A stretch of 64,000 bases of DNA, taken from Fimbriimonadia bacterium (GTDB lineage Bacteria > Armatimonadota > Fimbriimonadia > Fimbriimonadales > JABRVX01). Positions 62,980-64,000 of this stretch are shown piece by piece. The position numbers were made by a program, and so were the translations under genes. The notes beneath the pieces are model-generated. The model saw only the letters and a program-made list of their open reading frames with translations. It had not been told where the DNA came from and did no database searches. Location of the stretch: assembly GCA_041483895.1 (NCBI GenBank), contig JBGPGO010000003.1, forward strand, positions 202,792-266,791, in the 5' to 3' direction. The first letter of the stretch is position 1; the number at the start of each line of letters is the position of its first letter.

Positions 62980-63860
62980 CGCGCCTCGCTCTTCTCCTGC
63001 TGATTTTGCTCTGCATCGGCGGCTGTGGTGGTGGAGGCGGTGGCGGGGGCGGCGGAGGACTGCCGCTGACCGGTACGGTGCTGCTCATCGGAACCGGCGC
63101 GCCGCCGAATGTCCAATTCTCTGTCACGGCAAGCGGAAAATCGACGTTGACCAACCTAGCCGATGGGACGTTCAGCTTAGCGGTGTCCAAGGGAACGACG
63201 TCGCTCGTCCTCTCCGCAACGGGTTTCCCATCGTTCACATACACCTTCCCTCCGGTGAGTTCCGCCACCAATTTAGGCTTTTTGTTCGTTGGCCCGCAGC
63301 AGGTTGCGCTGAAAGGGACTGTGGTGGATGCCTCTAATCAGCAGCCGGTTGCCGGAGTCACGATCGACGTTTTGGGCCGGCAGGGAACCTCCCTGGCGGA
63401 CGGTACTTTCCGCATCGAAGGTCTGGCATACGATCCGAATGGATTGGTTTCCGTCGTATTCAGCCTCTCAAAAACCGGATATATCCCGCGCGATGTCCCG
63501 ATCACGCAACCGGCAATCGGCGGGGAAATCGACGAGCAGAATGTGCTATTCGCGCCGGAAAGCAGTACCGATCCGCCGCCTGGCCCGTCTAACCTCTACG
63601 GGTTCGTCACCGAAACAGGAGTTGGCGGCGGAGGCGGGAACGGTGTGCTGGTCACTTTGAAGAAGAAATCGGACGGCACGATCGTTTCCAGCTTTGTGAC
63701 CGGACTCCTCGCCGGCGCGGCCAACGAGTACGCCTTCTGGGTCCCGATCGACCAGTACTCGATGGAATTCGAAAAGCCGACGGGGACCTTGCGAAAGACC
63801 GTGGATGCGAACGTGACGAGCCTAGACACGCCATTGCGGATTGACGTGGTTCTGCCGTAG
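62976..63860 (+). CDS. Lipoprotein with poly-Gly linker and carboxypeptidase-regulatory-like beta domains
   Basis: IGGC lipobox + G11; LKGTVVDASNQQPVAGVTI...DGTFRI. Confidence 0.8.
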   Translation: MTRLALLLLILLCIGGCGGGGGGGGGGGLPLTGTVLLIGTGAPPNVQFSVTASGKSTLTNLADGTFSLAVSKGTTSLVLSATGFPSFTYTFPPVSSATNLGFLFVGPQQVALKGTVVDASNQQPVAGVTIDVLGRQGTSLADGTFRIEGLAYDPNGLVSVVFSLSKTGYIPRDVPITQPAIGGEIDEQNVLFAPESSTDPPPGPSNLYGFVTETGVGGGGGNGVLVTLKKKSDGTIVSSFVTGLLAGAANEYAFWVPIDQYSMEFEKPTGTLRKTVDANVTSLDTPLRIDVVLP

Positions 63861-63907
63861 TGGTGGTACAATCTCGCAGCCAAGAACGGATTTAGGAAGG
63901 TTCTAGT

Positions 63908-64000
63908 ATGAGAGTTAATCAGTTCAAGAATGCGGCTCTTTTGCTGACGGCGGTCACGGTTGGCGGCGTTTTGACCAGTTGCGGCGGCGGCGGCGGCACG
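63908..64000 (+). CDS. Lipoprotein with poly-Gly linker (partial)
   Basis: Manual translation MRVNQFKNAALLLTAVTVGGVLTSCGGGGGT; runs off the window. Confidence 0.75.
   Translation, partial: MRVNQFKNAALLLTAVTVGGVLTSCGGGGGT

Overview
GC-rich bacterial chromosomal window with about 55 protein-coding genes. No rRNA, tRNA, CRISPR array or intact transposase was seen. Gene style (PEP-CTERM protein, Ig+dockerin-like C-terminal modules, poly-Gly lipoproteins) suggests Armatimonadota or a similar lineage; this is inference only. From left to right: the end of a Wza/Wzc exopolysaccharide operon, hsp20-lon, moaC-mog-tatD, secreted surface proteins, pcrA-fabI-ftcD, sucC, nth, a repeat-rich island around dedA, a GH38-like enzyme, carB, an AbiE-like TA pair, a prepilin peptidase, nnr, a five-gene FHA/vWA/PP2C cluster, a GT2/O-antigen-ligase cluster, a secreted serine protease, an aminopeptidase, pilC plus a sigma factor, galE and large secreted proteins. 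The most interesting observations are: (1) a SigB/F-type sigma factor fused to a degenerate GGDEF domain that keeps the RxxD c-di-GMP site, directly behind pilC; (2) an unannotated ~88-nt sRNA candidate with promoter, terminator and GGA-loop hairpins (CsrB/RsmZ-like) beside pilD, with a similar GGA hairpin in the pilC leader; (3) a kinase-less FHA-vWA-PP2C phosphothreonine module with repeated DPNxTQ acceptor-like motifs and a probable AUU start; (4) a palindromic repeat inserted in-frame inside carB; (5) several REP/REPIN-like families, three copies of which supply the stop codons of adjacent genes.
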